Assembly (NCBI GenBank): GCA_039831175.1
Contig: JBDONU010000022.1
Span: 1 to 46,504, forward strand
Origin: Nautiliaceae bacterium
GTDB lineage: Bacteria; Campylobacterota; Campylobacteria; Campylobacterales; Nautiliaceae
Direction: 5' to 3'
DNA length: 46,504 nt
In this document: in pieces, positions 36,686 to 46,504 of the stretch
Layout of the letters: each line of letters starts with the position of its first letter
Numbering within the stretch: the first letter of the stretch is position 1
The notes under the pieces: model-generated
What the model was told of the DNA's origin: nothing
What the model saw: only the letters and a program-made list of their open reading frames with translations
The model's database searches: none
Translations under genes and position numbers: made by a program

Positions 36686-38491
36686 TTATTTTTTTCTACT
36701 CATTCTCTTCCTAACAGCCGGATCAAGATATTTTTTTCTAACTCTAATTGATTTTGGAGTAACCTCCACAAGTTCATCCTCTTCAATCCACTCAAGAGCC
36801 TTTTCAAGCGTCATCTCAACAGGGGGCACAAGTTTTATTGCTTCATCACTTCCGCTTGCCCTAACATTTGTTAAGTTTTTACCTCTTATTGGATTAACTT
36901 CAAGGTCATTGCTTCTACTATGCTCTCCAACAATCATCCCATTATAAACTTTATCTCCCGGTTTTATAAACATTTTTCCTCTTTCTTGAAGGTTAAAAAT
37001 CGCATACCCAGTTGCTACTCCATTTTCCATTGAAATAAGCGCTCCATTTTTTCTTTTATAAGGTTTAGTAGTTGCTGGGCGAAACTCCAAAAAGCTTGAA
37101 TTAAGCACTCCCTCACCCTTAGTATCGGTCATAAATTCACCTCTATATCCAATAAGTCCTCTTGCTGGCATCTCAAACTCAATCCTTGTAGTTCCATCTG
37201 AAAGTGGCATCATATTTTTCATAATTCCACCACGCGTTCCAAGCTTTTCAATCACCGCTCCGCTATATTCATCTGGCACATCAACAACAACATACTCATA
37301 AGGTTCAAGTTTTATTCCATTCTCCTCTTTGATAATAACTTCTGGACGCGAGAGGGAAAACTCAAAATCCTCCCTTCTTAAATTCTCAGCTAAAATCGCA
37401 ATTTGAAGCTCACCTCTTCCACTTACTTTAAATTTACCCTCACCCAACTCTTCAATTTTCATAGCAATATTTGTCTCCATCTCTTTAAAGAGTCTATCTC
37501 TTAGTTTTGGAGCGGTTACATTTTTCCCCTCAGTCCCAGCAAGTGGAGAATCATTTACGCTCATAATTACACTAATTGTCGGCTCTTCAATGTGTAGTGG
37601 ATCAAGTGCTACGGGATTATCTTTATCAGCAATGGTATCTCCAACATCAAGAGCATCAAATCCAGCAACTGCTACAATATCCCCAGCACTTGCTTCATCA
37701 ATCTCAATTCTATCAAGTCCTAAAAATCCAAGAAGCTTTGTAACTCTTCCTTGGATTTTCTCTCCATTTGCTTTTACCAATGTAACTTGATCCCCTTTTT
37801 TCACACGCCCGTTAAAAATCCTCGCAATCCCAATTCTTCCAACATAATTATCATAATCAAGAGTAAAGACTTGCATTTGAAGAGGTTTATTCTCATCCCC
37901 ACTTGGAGGTGGAATATGTTTTACAATAGCTTCAAAAATTGGAGTCATATCTTTATTATCATCTTCAAGCTCCCACTTTGCAATTCCATTCTTAGCGGCT
38001 GCATAAATTATCGGAAAATCAAGCTGATCTTCATTTGCTCCCATACTAACAAACAGATCAAAAACCTCATCAACAACCCTATCTGGTTCAGCTGCTGGTT
38101 TATCTATTTTGTTTACAACTAAAATGGGTTTAAGTCCAAGTGAGAGTGCCTTTTTTACAACAAACTTTGTCTGAGGCATAACCCCTTCTTGCGCATCAAC
38201 CAAAAGCAAAACTCCATCCACCATCTTTAATACCCTCTCAACTTCTCCACCAAAATCACTATGGCCTGGGGTGTCAATAATGTTGATTTTATAATCTTTC
38301 CACTTAATTGCCGTATTTTTAGAAAGAATTGTAATTCCTCTCTCTTTTTCTAAATCATTACTATCCATAACTCTCTCGCCAAACTCTTTTCTACTATCAA
38401 GAGTGCCTGATTGTTTTAATAATTCATCTACTAATGTAGTTTTTCCATGGTCAACGTGAGCAATAACTGCTATATTTCTTATTTTTTTCAT
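36686..38491 (-). CDS. typA: Translational GTPase TypA/BipA
   Basis: [48 protein letters not shown]. Confidence 0.99.
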   Translation of the reverse strand: MKKIRNIAVIAHVDHGKTTLVDELLKQSGTLDSRKEFGERVMDSNDLEKERGITILSKNTAIKWKDYKINIIDTPGHSDFGGEVERVLKMVDGVLLLVDAQEGVMPQTKFVVKKALSLGLKPILVVNKIDKPAAEPDRVVDEVFDLFVSMGANEDQLDFPIIYAAAKNGIAKWELEDDNKDMTPIFEAIVKHIPPPSGDENKPLQMQVFTLDYDNYVGRIGIARIFNGRVKKGDQVTLVKANGEKIQGRVTKLLGFLGLDRIEIDEASAGDIVAVAGFDALDVGDTIADKDNPVALDPLHIEEPTISVIMSVNDSPLAGTEGKNVTAPKLRDRLFKEMETNIAMKIEELGEGKFKVSGRGELQIAILAENLRREDFEFSLSRPEVIIKEENGIKLEPYEYVVVDVPDEYSGAVIEKLGTRGGIMKNMMPLSDGTTRIEFEMPARGLIGYRGEFMTDTKGEGVLNSSFLEFRPATTKPYKRKNGALISMENGVATGYAIFNLQERGKMFIKPGDKVYNGMIVGEHSRSNDLEVNPIRGKNLTNVRASGSDEAIKLVPPVEMTLEKALEWIEEDELVEVTPKSIRVRKKYLDPAVRKRMSRKK

Positions 38492-38515
38492 CCATTACCT
38501 TTAAAATTTTTGAAA

Positions 38516-40219
38516 TTATATCTTTTTGAGAAAATTTGACAACCTATCAAATTCAAAAGTATTAATAACATCCTCTTTTTCTATCCATCCTCTTCTTGCT
38601 TGATTTATCCCATACCTTATAAATTCAAGCATTTTTGTATTATGAGCATCAGAATTAATCGCAATTTTACAGCCAATCTCTTTTGCTCTTTTTGATAAAA
38701 TATCATTTAAATCCAATCTATCTGGTTGAGAATTTATCTCCATTGCCACATTAAGCTCTTTTGCCATTTTAAAAATTTCATCCCATTCAGCTTCAATCCC
38801 CTCCCTTTTATTTATAAGTCTATTTAAAGGATGAGCTAAGATATTAATTTTCGGTAACGCCCTTAAAATTCTTTTAGTTTGAGTTCTTTTATCCAAATTA
38901 AACTTATAATGAATAGCCCCAACTACAATATCAAGCCTTTTTAACACTTCATCTGAAAAATCCAAACTTCCATCTTCTAAAATATCAACCTCAGCACCTT
39001 TTAAAATTTTTATCTGAGGGTATTTTTCTCTAACTATCTCAATCTCATCAAACTGTTTTAAAAGTCTTTTTTCATCAAGCCCGTTGGCAACTGAGAGTCT
39101 TTTTGAGTGGTCTGTAATTGCAATATACTCATACCCCATTTCAACCGCTTTTTTTACCATCTCTTCTATACTACAAGCCCCGTCGCTGTAGGTTGTATGC
39201 ATATGCAAATCCCCTCTTAAATGCTCTATAAGTTTTGGTAACTTTCCATCCAAACACGCCTCAATTTCTCCTCTATTTTCCCTAAGCTCTGGCTCAATAT
39301 AACAAAGTCCAACTGCTTTATAAACTTCCTCCTCATTCCTACCAGCTATTCTTTTCTCTCCCTTATAAACTCCATACTCATTAACTCTAAGTCCTTTTTC
39401 TATTGCCAAGCGTCTTATTTTTATATTGTGAGCTTTACTTCCGGTAAAATAGTGAAGTGCCGCTCCATAACTTTCACGGCTAACTGCTCTTAAATCAACT
39501 TGAAGCCCATTTTCTAAAAATACAGTTGAGCGGGTAAGACCGGCTGAGTGAATTTCTTTTACTCTTTTAAACTTTACAAAATATTCGCTCACTTTTGCAT
39601 AATCTTTTGCAATTACCAAAACATCCAAATCCCCCACACTCTCCTTTTTTCTCCTAAAACTACCAGCAATCTCAACAACCTCTACTCCGTCAAACTTTTG
39701 TAAATACTCTTTAAGCTCATTGGCTATTCCCTCAACCTCAGCCCACAAAAATCTAATTCCAGCCTTTTTTAGCTGCTTAATTCCTTTTAAAATCTTCTCA
39801 ATAAGTTTTGGTCCAAATCCTTTTAATTTAGCAAGCTCTTTATTATCAGCATATTTTTTAAGCTCATCAAGAGAAGTAATCCCAAAAGCGTCATAAATTT
39901 GCTTAATTCTTTTTGGACCAAGACCCTCAATGCTTAACATCTCCAAAAGTCCAGAAGGTATCTCTTTTTTTAGCTCTTCAAGTTTTGAGAATTTATGAGT
40001 TAAAACAATCTCCTTAATGTATTCACTCAAATCTTTTCCAATTCCTGGAAGCCTTGTTAAATCAACCCCATCTCTTACAAGCTTTTCAAAATCTTTACTT
40101 GAATTTTCAATTATCCTTGCTGCATTTCTATACGCTCTTACTTTAAAAGGATTCTCTCCTTTAATCTCTAACAAATCCGCTGTTTGAGAGAAAATTTTCG
40201 CAATTTCAATATTATTCAT
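38516..40219 (-). CDS. polX: DNA polymerase X with PHP 3'-5' exonuclease domain
   Basis: ENPFKVRAY, GSFRR..ESVGDLD, VDLR, FTGSKAHN, PELRE, DLHMHT.YSDG, TDHS, SDAH. Confidence 0.96.
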   Translation of the reverse strand: MNNIEIAKIFSQTADLLEIKGENPFKVRAYRNAARIIENSSKDFEKLVRDGVDLTRLPGIGKDLSEYIKEIVLTHKFSKLEELKKEIPSGLLEMLSIEGLGPKRIKQIYDAFGITSLDELKKYADNKELAKLKGFGPKLIEKILKGIKQLKKAGIRFLWAEVEGIANELKEYLQKFDGVEVVEIAGSFRRKKESVGDLDVLVIAKDYAKVSEYFVKFKRVKEIHSAGLTRSTVFLENGLQVDLRAVSRESYGAALHYFTGSKAHNIKIRRLAIEKGLRVNEYGVYKGEKRIAGRNEEEVYKAVGLCYIEPELRENRGEIEACLDGKLPKLIEHLRGDLHMHTTYSDGACSIEEMVKKAVEMGYEYIAITDHSKRLSVANGLDEKRLLKQFDEIEIVREKYPQIKILKGAEVDILEDGSLDFSDEVLKRLDIVVGAIHYKFNLDKRTQTKRILRALPKINILAHPLNRLINKREGIEAEWDEIFKMAKELNVAMEINSQPDRLDLNDILSKRAKEIGCKIAINSDAHNTKMLEFIRYGINQARRGWIEKEDVINTFEFDRLSNFLKKI

Positions 40220-40493
40220 CAAATTCCTTTAAAAACTCTTTTATCTTATCATTAAGCGGCAAAGAGACTCTTTTTTGTTTACTTGTTGGATTTTTAATTT
40301 CAATTTCACTTTTTGGAACTTTAAAAGTTTTGCTAAAAAACTTAATAAGCTCCTTATTTGCCGCTCCCTCAACTGCTGGGGCTTTTATATTAACTTTTAA
40401 AGCGTCCCCATAAAGCCCTGCAATTTTATTTTTTGAAGAGTTTGGCTGAACCTTAATACTTAAAATTACCCTATTATCTTTAATCTCAAACAT
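40212..40493 (-). CDS. DUF167 (YggU) family protein
   Basis: IKVQPNSSK, LKVNIKAPAVEGAANKELIKF. Confidence 0.9.
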   Translation of the reverse strand: MFEIKDNRVILSIKVQPNSSKNKIAGLYGDALKVNIKAPAVEGAANKELIKFFSKTFKVPKSEIEIKNPTSKQKRVSLPLNDKIKEFLKEFDE

Positions 40494-41610
40494 CCTCACC
40501 CCTTATTAATTTTGCTATTTTCTCTAAATCTATCTTACTTTTAATTTTAGTTGGCTTTGCTTTTTTAATAGCCTCATTTATATCTTTAACATCACAAACT
40601 TCAATCCCAAAAACTTCCTTATAAAGAGATTTTTGATTAAAAAAGTATCTACCACTAATAATTGGAACATTAAAAAAAGCCGCTTCAATTGGATTATGCC
40701 CCCCTACTCCTTTTACAAAACTTCCACCAAGAATTACAATATCCGCAATTGAATATAAATTAACAAGCTCTCCTAACTTATCATCTAAAATAATATCCCC
40801 TTTTAGCTTTTCACTTAATTTCTCAAATTTAAGCCCTCTTTTTTTTGCAAACTCCCTTAAAAAATTTTCAACCTCTAAAAATCTCTCTGGATGTCTTGGA
40901 GCAACTACTACTTGATATCCTCTAAAATCAAGATTTTTTAAAATAAGCTCCTCTTCATTTGCATGAGTAGATGCTATTACAATTAAAGGTTTTTGCTTTT
41001 TATAATTTTTTGTAATTTGGGGCATAAAATAAGTCTTAATATTCCCAACAACTTCTACATTTTTTGCTCCAAGCTCTAATAGTCTTTTTTTATCCTCTTG
41101 GCTTTGAGCCAAAATTAAATCAATATTTTTAAAAATATGTTTATAAAACCACCTAAACTTTTTATATCTTGGATAACTCCTATCAGATACCCTCGCATTT
41201 AACAAAATTACCCTACTACATCGTTTCTTCCCCATTAAAAAAAGCATATACCAAAGCTCAGCTTCCATTACCACCAAACTCTCACACTCTCTAAACCAAA
41301 AAGGCAAAAAAATTTCAAACGGCAAAAACCTAACCTCTCCATATCTTTTAGCTTCATCAAATCCAGTTTGGGTAATTACAGAAATGTTTGGATTTTTAAA
41401 AATTTCAAACAAAGGTTTTAAAGCTCTAACCTCTCCAAAAGAACAAGCGTGAAAATGATAATCTTTTTTTGAAAATGGAGGATTTTTATAAAGAAAAAAT
41501 CTTGCTGGAATTGAGCGGCGGTACTTTTTTTTTAAAGAAAGTAAAATCAAAAAAGGAATAGCTAAAAGATAAAGAAGAAAAAAGAAAAAGTAATAAAAAC
41601 TACTTATCAT
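40486..41610 (-). CDS. waaA: Kdo transferase
   Basis: HACSFGE, EAELW, NARVSDRS, ASTH..EE, PRHPERF, GGHNPIEAA. Confidence 0.95.
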   Translation of the reverse strand: MISSFYYFFFFLLYLLAIPFLILLSLKKKYRRSIPARFFLYKNPPFSKKDYHFHACSFGEVRALKPLFEIFKNPNISVITQTGFDEAKRYGEVRFLPFEIFLPFWFRECESLVVMEAELWYMLFLMGKKRCSRVILLNARVSDRSYPRYKKFRWFYKHIFKNIDLILAQSQEDKKRLLELGAKNVEVVGNIKTYFMPQITKNYKKQKPLIVIASTHANEEELILKNLDFRGYQVVVAPRHPERFLEVENFLREFAKKRGLKFEKLSEKLKGDIILDDKLGELVNLYSIADIVILGGSFVKGVGGHNPIEAAFFNVPIISGRYFFNQKSLYKEVFGIEVCDVKDINEAIKKAKPTKIKSKIDLEKIAKLIRGEDV

Positions 41611-42328
41611 CTTTTAAATCATCTTCACTTTCCACAAATAAAACTCTCCCACAATGAGGGCAAGTTGTAATATCTTCTCCTTTTACAACCTCAGCATAAA
41701 CTTTATCGCTAATTCTCATATGACATCCCGTACAAGCTTGTTTTCTTACCGGAGTTACTGCACTAATCCCAGCCCATCTTTTGATTTTTTCGTAAAACCT
41801 ATAAATTTGAGGGTTCATTTGCGAGATTAAGTTATTAATTTTTTCATAAATAGTCTTCTTTTGAGCCTCAATTGTCTCTAACTTCTTATCAACATCAAGC
41901 TTTGTTAAAGTAATATCCGCATCAATTTTTTCAAGCTCTTTTTCAAGTTCTGCTTTTTTCTCTTCTTTTTGTTCAATTATTCTTTCAAGTCTCTCAATCT
42001 CTTCATTTGCTACATTAATTTGCTCTTTTGCAAGCTCCTCTTCAATTTGAAGAGCTTTATATTCTTTTTCACTCTTAATTTTTGATTGTTTCTCTTCAAT
42101 ATCTTTTAACTTATCTTTAAGCTCAGCAATCAAAAGCTCACTTTGGCTAATTTTTACTTTTAAATTTCTAATCTCATTTACTATCTTATCAAGCTCATCT
42201 AATACTTTTTTCTTTTTTGCTTCAAGTCTTAATAGTGGTGCTTTTATACTCTTTTCAATAGGTTCAAGTTCTTGAAGTCTTCTCTCAAGTCTATTTAGCT
42301 CAATTAACTCCTCTAAAAATTTATTCAT
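41600..42328 (-). CDS. C4-type zinc-ribbon coiled-coil protein (CT398/HP0958-like)
   Basis: Long coiled coil, then FYEKIKRWAG...QACTGCH...TCPHCGRVL. Confidence 0.92.
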   Translation of the reverse strand: MNKFLEELIELNRLERRLQELEPIEKSIKAPLLRLEAKKKKVLDELDKIVNEIRNLKVKISQSELLIAELKDKLKDIEEKQSKIKSEKEYKALQIEEELAKEQINVANEEIERLERIIEQKEEKKAELEKELEKIDADITLTKLDVDKKLETIEAQKKTIYEKINNLISQMNPQIYRFYEKIKRWAGISAVTPVRKQACTGCHMRISDKVYAEVVKGEDITTCPHCGRVLFVESEDDLKDDK

Positions 42329-42348
42329 CTCTCACCTTTTTGTTGAAA

Positions 42349-43068
42349 TTATATCAAATCTAAAAATGGATTATTTGAATTTAACTTGATAATATCAATA
42401 TCAAAGTGCTTTATCGCCTCATACATTGCATCTACAAAATACCTCTCACTCTCATAATGTCTAATATCAATTAAAGATATCCCCCTTGCTTTTGCCTCCA
42501 TTGCTTCATGATACTTTATATCTCCCGTTAAAAAGCAATCAGCCTCTATCTTTCCTAAAAGTCCCATTCCAGCACCAGTTGTAATTGCTACTCTTTTAAT
42601 AAAATCCTTTGCCCTAACTACTCTTAAAACCTCAATATCCATTCTCTTTTTTACCAAATTACAAAGCTCATCAAATTCCATAAATACATCACTATAAAAA
42701 ACAAAACCATCAACTTCTCCACTAAACCCAAGGACATTTTTTGCAAAATATTCATTAAGATGAGTCTTATCAAAATTTGTATGCATTGAAATAAGTGAGA
42801 TATTTTTTTGAATAAGTTTTATTAAATACTTTGTAGAGAAAGTATCTCCATTTACTTTTTTTATTCCTTTAAAAATTAATGGATGATGAGTAATTAACAA
42901 AGAATTTGGCTCAATCTTATCAACTACCTCATCAATATCCAAAGAGATATAAATTTTATTAACTTCTACATCAAAATTTCCAACAATAAGTCCACTATTA
43001 TCCCACTCCTCTTGAAGCTCAAAAGGAGAAATTTCATTTAACAAATCATAAATAGTTCTAATTTTCAT
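42349..43068 (-). CDS. Nif3-like dinuclear metal centre protein
   Basis: SPFELQEEWDNSGL, ITHHPLIF, MHTNFD, TGDIKYH, HYESE. Confidence 0.95.
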   Translation of the reverse strand: MKIRTIYDLLNEISPFELQEEWDNSGLIVGNFDVEVNKIYISLDIDEVVDKIEPNSLLITHHPLIFKGIKKVNGDTFSTKYLIKLIQKNISLISMHTNFDKTHLNEYFAKNVLGFSGEVDGFVFYSDVFMEFDELCNLVKKRMDIEVLRVVRAKDFIKRVAITTGAGMGLLGKIEADCFLTGDIKYHEAMEAKARGISLIDIRHYESERYFVDAMYEAIKHFDIDIIKLNSNNPFLDLI

Positions 43069-43076
43069 TTTCTCTC

Positions 43077-43907
43077 CTACATTATATTATGAAGTTTGTT
43101 TCCCTCTCTCATCCACTCTTCAAGTTCTTCCCATTTTTCTCTTTTTATAAGCTCTTTTGCCCTTTTTAGCTCATCTTCAAACGCATCCACTGCTTTTAGC
43201 AGATTTTTTTTATTCTCTTTAAAAATACTCTTCCACATAGTAGGATTTGACTTTGCAAGTCTACTCATATCCTTAAATCCACCAGCTGCAAGAGTTACTA
43301 TATGCTCTTTATCTTCTTGATTTAAAACTGCATTTGCAATTGAAAAAGAGACAATGTGTGGCATATGAGAGATAAAAGCCGCGTGGCGATCGTGTTCTTT
43401 TGAATTCATAATTTTAATTTGCATTTTAAGATAGTTATAAATATCAAAAGCCCTTTTTACTTGCACCTCTCCACTCTCTTCAATATCACAAACTACCATT
43501 ACTTTATTATAATATAAATCCTCAATAGCCGCTTTTGGACCTGAGTATTCAGTCCCAGCCATTGGATGAGAAGCTACCAAATTTTCTCTAATATTTTTAG
43601 GACAATTTTTAACAATACTCTCTTTTGTTGAACCAAAATCAATTATTAAAGCATCTTTTTTTAAAGAAAGTTTTGAGATATCTTTTAGTGCTTTAATAAT
43701 TGCTTCAATAGGAATTGCTAAAACAATAACATCTGCACTCCTAACGCAATCTTCAAACTCCAAAACCTCATCCACTAACCCAAGTTTTAACGCTTCTTCT
43801 TGATGGGATGGATTGTTATCCACTCCAACTATTCTATCAAAATAGCCCCTCATAGCAAGCGCAAAACTTCCTCCCATAAGTCCAAGTCCAACAACACAGC
43901 AAGTCAT
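43077..43907 (-). CDS. tyrA: Prephenate dehydrogenase
   Basis: GLGLMGGS, DFGSTK, HPMAGTE.SG, HDRH.A.ISHMPH, GGFKDMSRLA.S.P.MW. Confidence 0.95.
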   Translation of the reverse strand: MTCCVVGLGLMGGSFALAMRGYFDRIVGVDNNPSHQEEALKLGLVDEVLEFEDCVRSADVIVLAIPIEAIIKALKDISKLSLKKDALIIDFGSTKESIVKNCPKNIRENLVASHPMAGTEYSGPKAAIEDLYYNKVMVVCDIEESGEVQVKRAFDIYNYLKMQIKIMNSKEHDRHAAFISHMPHIVSFSIANAVLNQEDKEHIVTLAAGGFKDMSRLAKSNPTMWKSIFKENKKNLLKAVDAFEDELKRAKELIKREKWEELEEWMREGNKLHNIM

Positions 43908-43993
43908 TTTACCTCTTTTTTTAAAAATTATATCACATTTACGATATAATTTTGGCTAATAAAAAATTTAGCGTATACTTTATAAGGAGAGAT

Positions 43994-46171
43994 ATGAAAA
44001 AATCCATTTTTTTAATACTTCCAATAGCACTTCTTGCACAAATAAACGAGATAAAATATCAAGGACTAATCCACATTTCCCCTCTTAGTGCAAATGCTAT
44101 AATCAATATTCAAAAAGGAGATGAATTTGATATAAAAAAAATAGACAAAGCCTTAAAAAAACTCTACAAAACCGGCTACTTTCAAACAATAAAAGTTGAT
44201 TATTCAAAAGGTATTTTAACATTTATCTGCAAAGAAAAACCAACCATCGCAAAAATAAAATTTTACAACGTTCCAGAAGACGTAAGAAAACTTTTAAAAG
44301 AAGAAAAGTTAATAATAAAAAAAGGTGAAATTCTCCAAGAAGAGAGAATTAAAAAAATTCAAAAATTTATTGAAGAATATTATAAAGCAAAAGGATATTT
44401 TAATAGTTATGTAAAAGTTATTATAAAACCGCTTACCAATAATAGAGTGGAAGTAGAAATTATAGCCCACAAAGGTCGATCAGTTTATATAAGAGAAGTT
44501 AACTTCTTTGGAGCAACTTTACCAAAAGATGAATTGCTTGATGAAATTAAAAATCAACCTCGCACATTTTTAAGTAATCTTCCATTTACAAATAGCGGTA
44601 AATTAAACTTACTCACTCTCTTAAACGATAAAATAGCACTTAAAAATTATTATATGAATTTAGGATATATTGATGCTAACATCTCAACCCCCTTTGCATC
44701 AATAAACACTGATAGCTATTTTGCCGATATTGACTATAAAATAGAAGAAGGGAAAAGATATATAGTAAAAAAAGTTTCAATAGACTACCCAAAAACTATA
44801 AAAGTAAAGCTTCCTAAACTAAATTTAAAGCCAAACAAATATTTCAACATCTCTGCCCTTAAAAAAGATATAAAAAATATCCAACACTCCTTTATGGACA
44901 AAGGATACGCATACGCAAAAGTTTATCCAGATATCAAAAAAGAGAATAACTTTGCATACATAACTTATAAAGTCATACCAGGAGAGATCGTTTACATAAA
45001 CGATGTAATTATTGAAGGAAACAATAAAACTCTTGATAGAGTAGTTAGAAGAAATATCTTTTTAGCACCAGGAGATAAATTCTCATATACCGATTTTCAA
45101 GATAGTATCAACGCTTTAAAAAGAAAAGGGTATTACAAAAAAGTTAGCATAAAAAAAGAAAGAATCTCTCAAAATAAAATGAACTTAAAAGTAAAAGCAG
45201 TTGATGGGCTTAGTGGAATGCTAAAAGCTGGGATAAGCTATGGAACTTATACAAAACTTGGATTTAATTTCTCCCTTAGCGAAAAAAATATTTTCGGTAG
45301 CGGGCAGACTATCTCTCTTAACGCCGATGTTAGCTCGGTTTCATCAAGTTATAGCATAAGCTTATTTAACCCAAGAATTTTTGATAGCCTATACTCATTT
45401 AATTTTTCTCTTTATAAAAGAAGCTTTGATGGAATCTCTTACACTTCAAAACAAAAAGGCGGCAGTATTGGAATTGGTCGTCAATTAAATAGATTTACAT
45501 CAGCAAACATAACTTATGGATATGTAAAAACAAAGCTAACCGATTATCCAGACGAAGATTATATAAAACCAAACAGCACAAAAAGTTATGTAACTTTATC
45601 TCTTGCTTATAACAATACAGATGACTATTTCTTCCCAACAAACGGAACAATTACAACTGCTTCTTCTCAAATTGCAGGACTTGGAGGAAATGAGAAATTT
45701 ATAAAAACTTTATTAAAAGCAAAGACATTTTACCCTATTACAGACAAAACCTACAACACAATAGCAGTACTAAAATATAGAGTGATAGCAGGAGCTATTA
45801 AAGATAATGGATATTTACCAATTAACGAAAAATTTTATCTTGGAGGTGCTAAAACCATAAGAGGATTTAACTGGTACTCTATCTCTCCAACAGATAGCAA
45901 CGGCAACAAAATTGGTGGAAAGTATGAATTTATAACAGGTCCAGAAATTTCAACCCCTCTTAGTGAAAAAAGTAAAATATGGTTAACAGGATTTATTGAT
46001 TATGGAGCTGTGGGAGAGAATAGATTAAATATTACAAGAAGCTCATATGGATTTGAGATTGACTGGATTACCCCAATGGGACCTCTTAGCTTTATTTGGG
46101 CGTGGCCAATTAAGAGTGAGAGTGGAGATGACTTACAAAAATTTGAATTTAACATAGGAGCGACCTTTTAA
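43994..46171 (+). CDS. bamA: Outer membrane protein assembly factor BamA
   Basis: Signal peptide after AAGGAG, POTRA repeats, GNNKTLDRVVRR, FYLGG..TIRGF, C-terminal FEFNIGATF. Confidence 0.96.
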   Translation: MKKSIFLILPIALLAQINEIKYQGLIHISPLSANAIINIQKGDEFDIKKIDKALKKLYKTGYFQTIKVDYSKGILTFICKEKPTIAKIKFYNVPEDVRKLLKEEKLIIKKGEILQEERIKKIQKFIEEYYKAKGYFNSYVKVIIKPLTNNRVEVEIIAHKGRSVYIREVNFFGATLPKDELLDEIKNQPRTFLSNLPFTNSGKLNLLTLLNDKIALKNYYMNLGYIDANISTPFASINTDSYFADIDYKIEEGKRYIVKKVSIDYPKTIKVKLPKLNLKPNKYFNISALKKDIKNIQHSFMDKGYAYAKVYPDIKKENNFAYITYKVIPGEIVYINDVIIEGNNKTLDRVVRRNIFLAPGDKFSYTDFQDSINALKRKGYYKKVSIKKERISQNKMNLKVKAVDGLSGMLKAGISYGTYTKLGFNFSLSEKNIFGSGQTISLNADVSSVSSSYSISLFNPRIFDSLYSFNFSLYKRSFDGISYTSKQKGGSIGIGRQLNRFTSANITYGYVKTKLTDYPDEDYIKPNSTKSYVTLSLAYNNTDDYFFPTNGTITTASSQIAGLGGNEKFIKTLLKAKTFYPITDKTYNTIAVLKYRVIAGAIKDNGYLPINEKFYLGGAKTIRGFNWYSISPTDSNGNKIGGKYEFITGPEISTPLSEKSKIWLTGFIDYGAVGENRLNITRSSYGFEIDWITPMGPLSFIWAWPIKSESGDDLQKFEFNIGATF

Positions 46172-46504
46172 ATGAGAAAAATAGGGTTTTTAGAAGCATT
46201 TAGTATTGGTGTTGGAGGAATGGTAGGTGGTGGAATTTTTGCAGTTCTTGGACTTACAATTGATTTGGCAAAAGGAGCAGCTCCCATTGCCTTTTTAATT
46301 GCTGGACTTATTGCATTAATTACCGCTTATTCTTACGCAAAACTATCGGTTAAATTTCCAAGTAAGGGTGGTAGCATTGAATATATTGTAAAAGCCTTTG
46401 GAAACAATTTATTTAGCGCTATTGCTAATAATTTACTTCTTATCTCATATGTAATTATGCTAGCTCTTTACGCCTCAGCCTTTGGAAGTTACGCAAGTGC
46501 CCTT
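46172..46504 (+). CDS. APC family amino acid permease (3' end beyond the window; absent from the ORF track)
   Basis: MRKIGFLEAFSIGVGGMVGGGIFAVLG...AYSYAKLSVKFPSKGGS; frame open to the window end. Confidence 0.9.
   Translation, partial: MRKIGFLEAFSIGVGGMVGGGIFAVLGLTIDLAKGAAPIAFLIAGLIALITAYSYAKLSVKFPSKGGSIEYIVKAFGNNLFSAIANNLLLISYVIMLALYASAFGSYASAL

Noticed and set aside
1796-43320. Short antisense or out-of-frame ORFs in the track (e.g. 1796-2023, 3055-3363, 3964-4233, 9287-9589, 12407-12757, 19235-19513, 21358-21648, 23921-24205, 31519-31797, 37751-38122, 43096-43320)
   Set aside because: They lie inside well-supported genes and show shadow-ORF composition with no recognisable motifs.
1-46504. 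CRISPR arrays, tRNA/rRNA genes, IS elements, prophage genes
   Set aside because: Intergenic gaps are all short, with no spaced repeats, cloverleaf motifs or transposase/integrase ORFs seen.

Overview
A strongly AT-rich, tightly packed chromosomal window. Gene content (ciaB, mqnP-miaA, nif3-zinc ribbon-waaA, tyrA divergent from bamA) points to Campylobacterota, most plausibly a thermophilic vent Nautiliaceae member (inferred). Most genes are housekeeping: rplM-rpsI, miaA, rsmE, rdgB, typA, waaA, tyrA, bamA. The standout is a 10-gene complex I-like operon (nuoA-B-CD-H-I-J-K-L-M-N, 15949-25433) with no NuoE/F/G input module. Its catalytic subunits lack the quinone-site residues of canonical complex I and instead carry archaeal Fpo/MBS-like signatures (two CxxD remnants of the NiFe site in CD; a hybrid CxxCC motif in B). 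Other notable items: tandem ferredoxin-thioredoxin reductase (FTR) catalytic genes, one fused to rhodanese, heading an operon with ciaB; a decayed amtB followed by degenerate NtrC-like and NtrB-like genes; a roadblock + GAF hybrid kinase pair; a heme-c sensor c-di-GMP phosphodiesterase; an RND system with an extra N-terminal coiled coil; and PolX. I saw no tRNA, rRNA, CRISPR array or transposase. All family calls come from motif recognition, not database searches.
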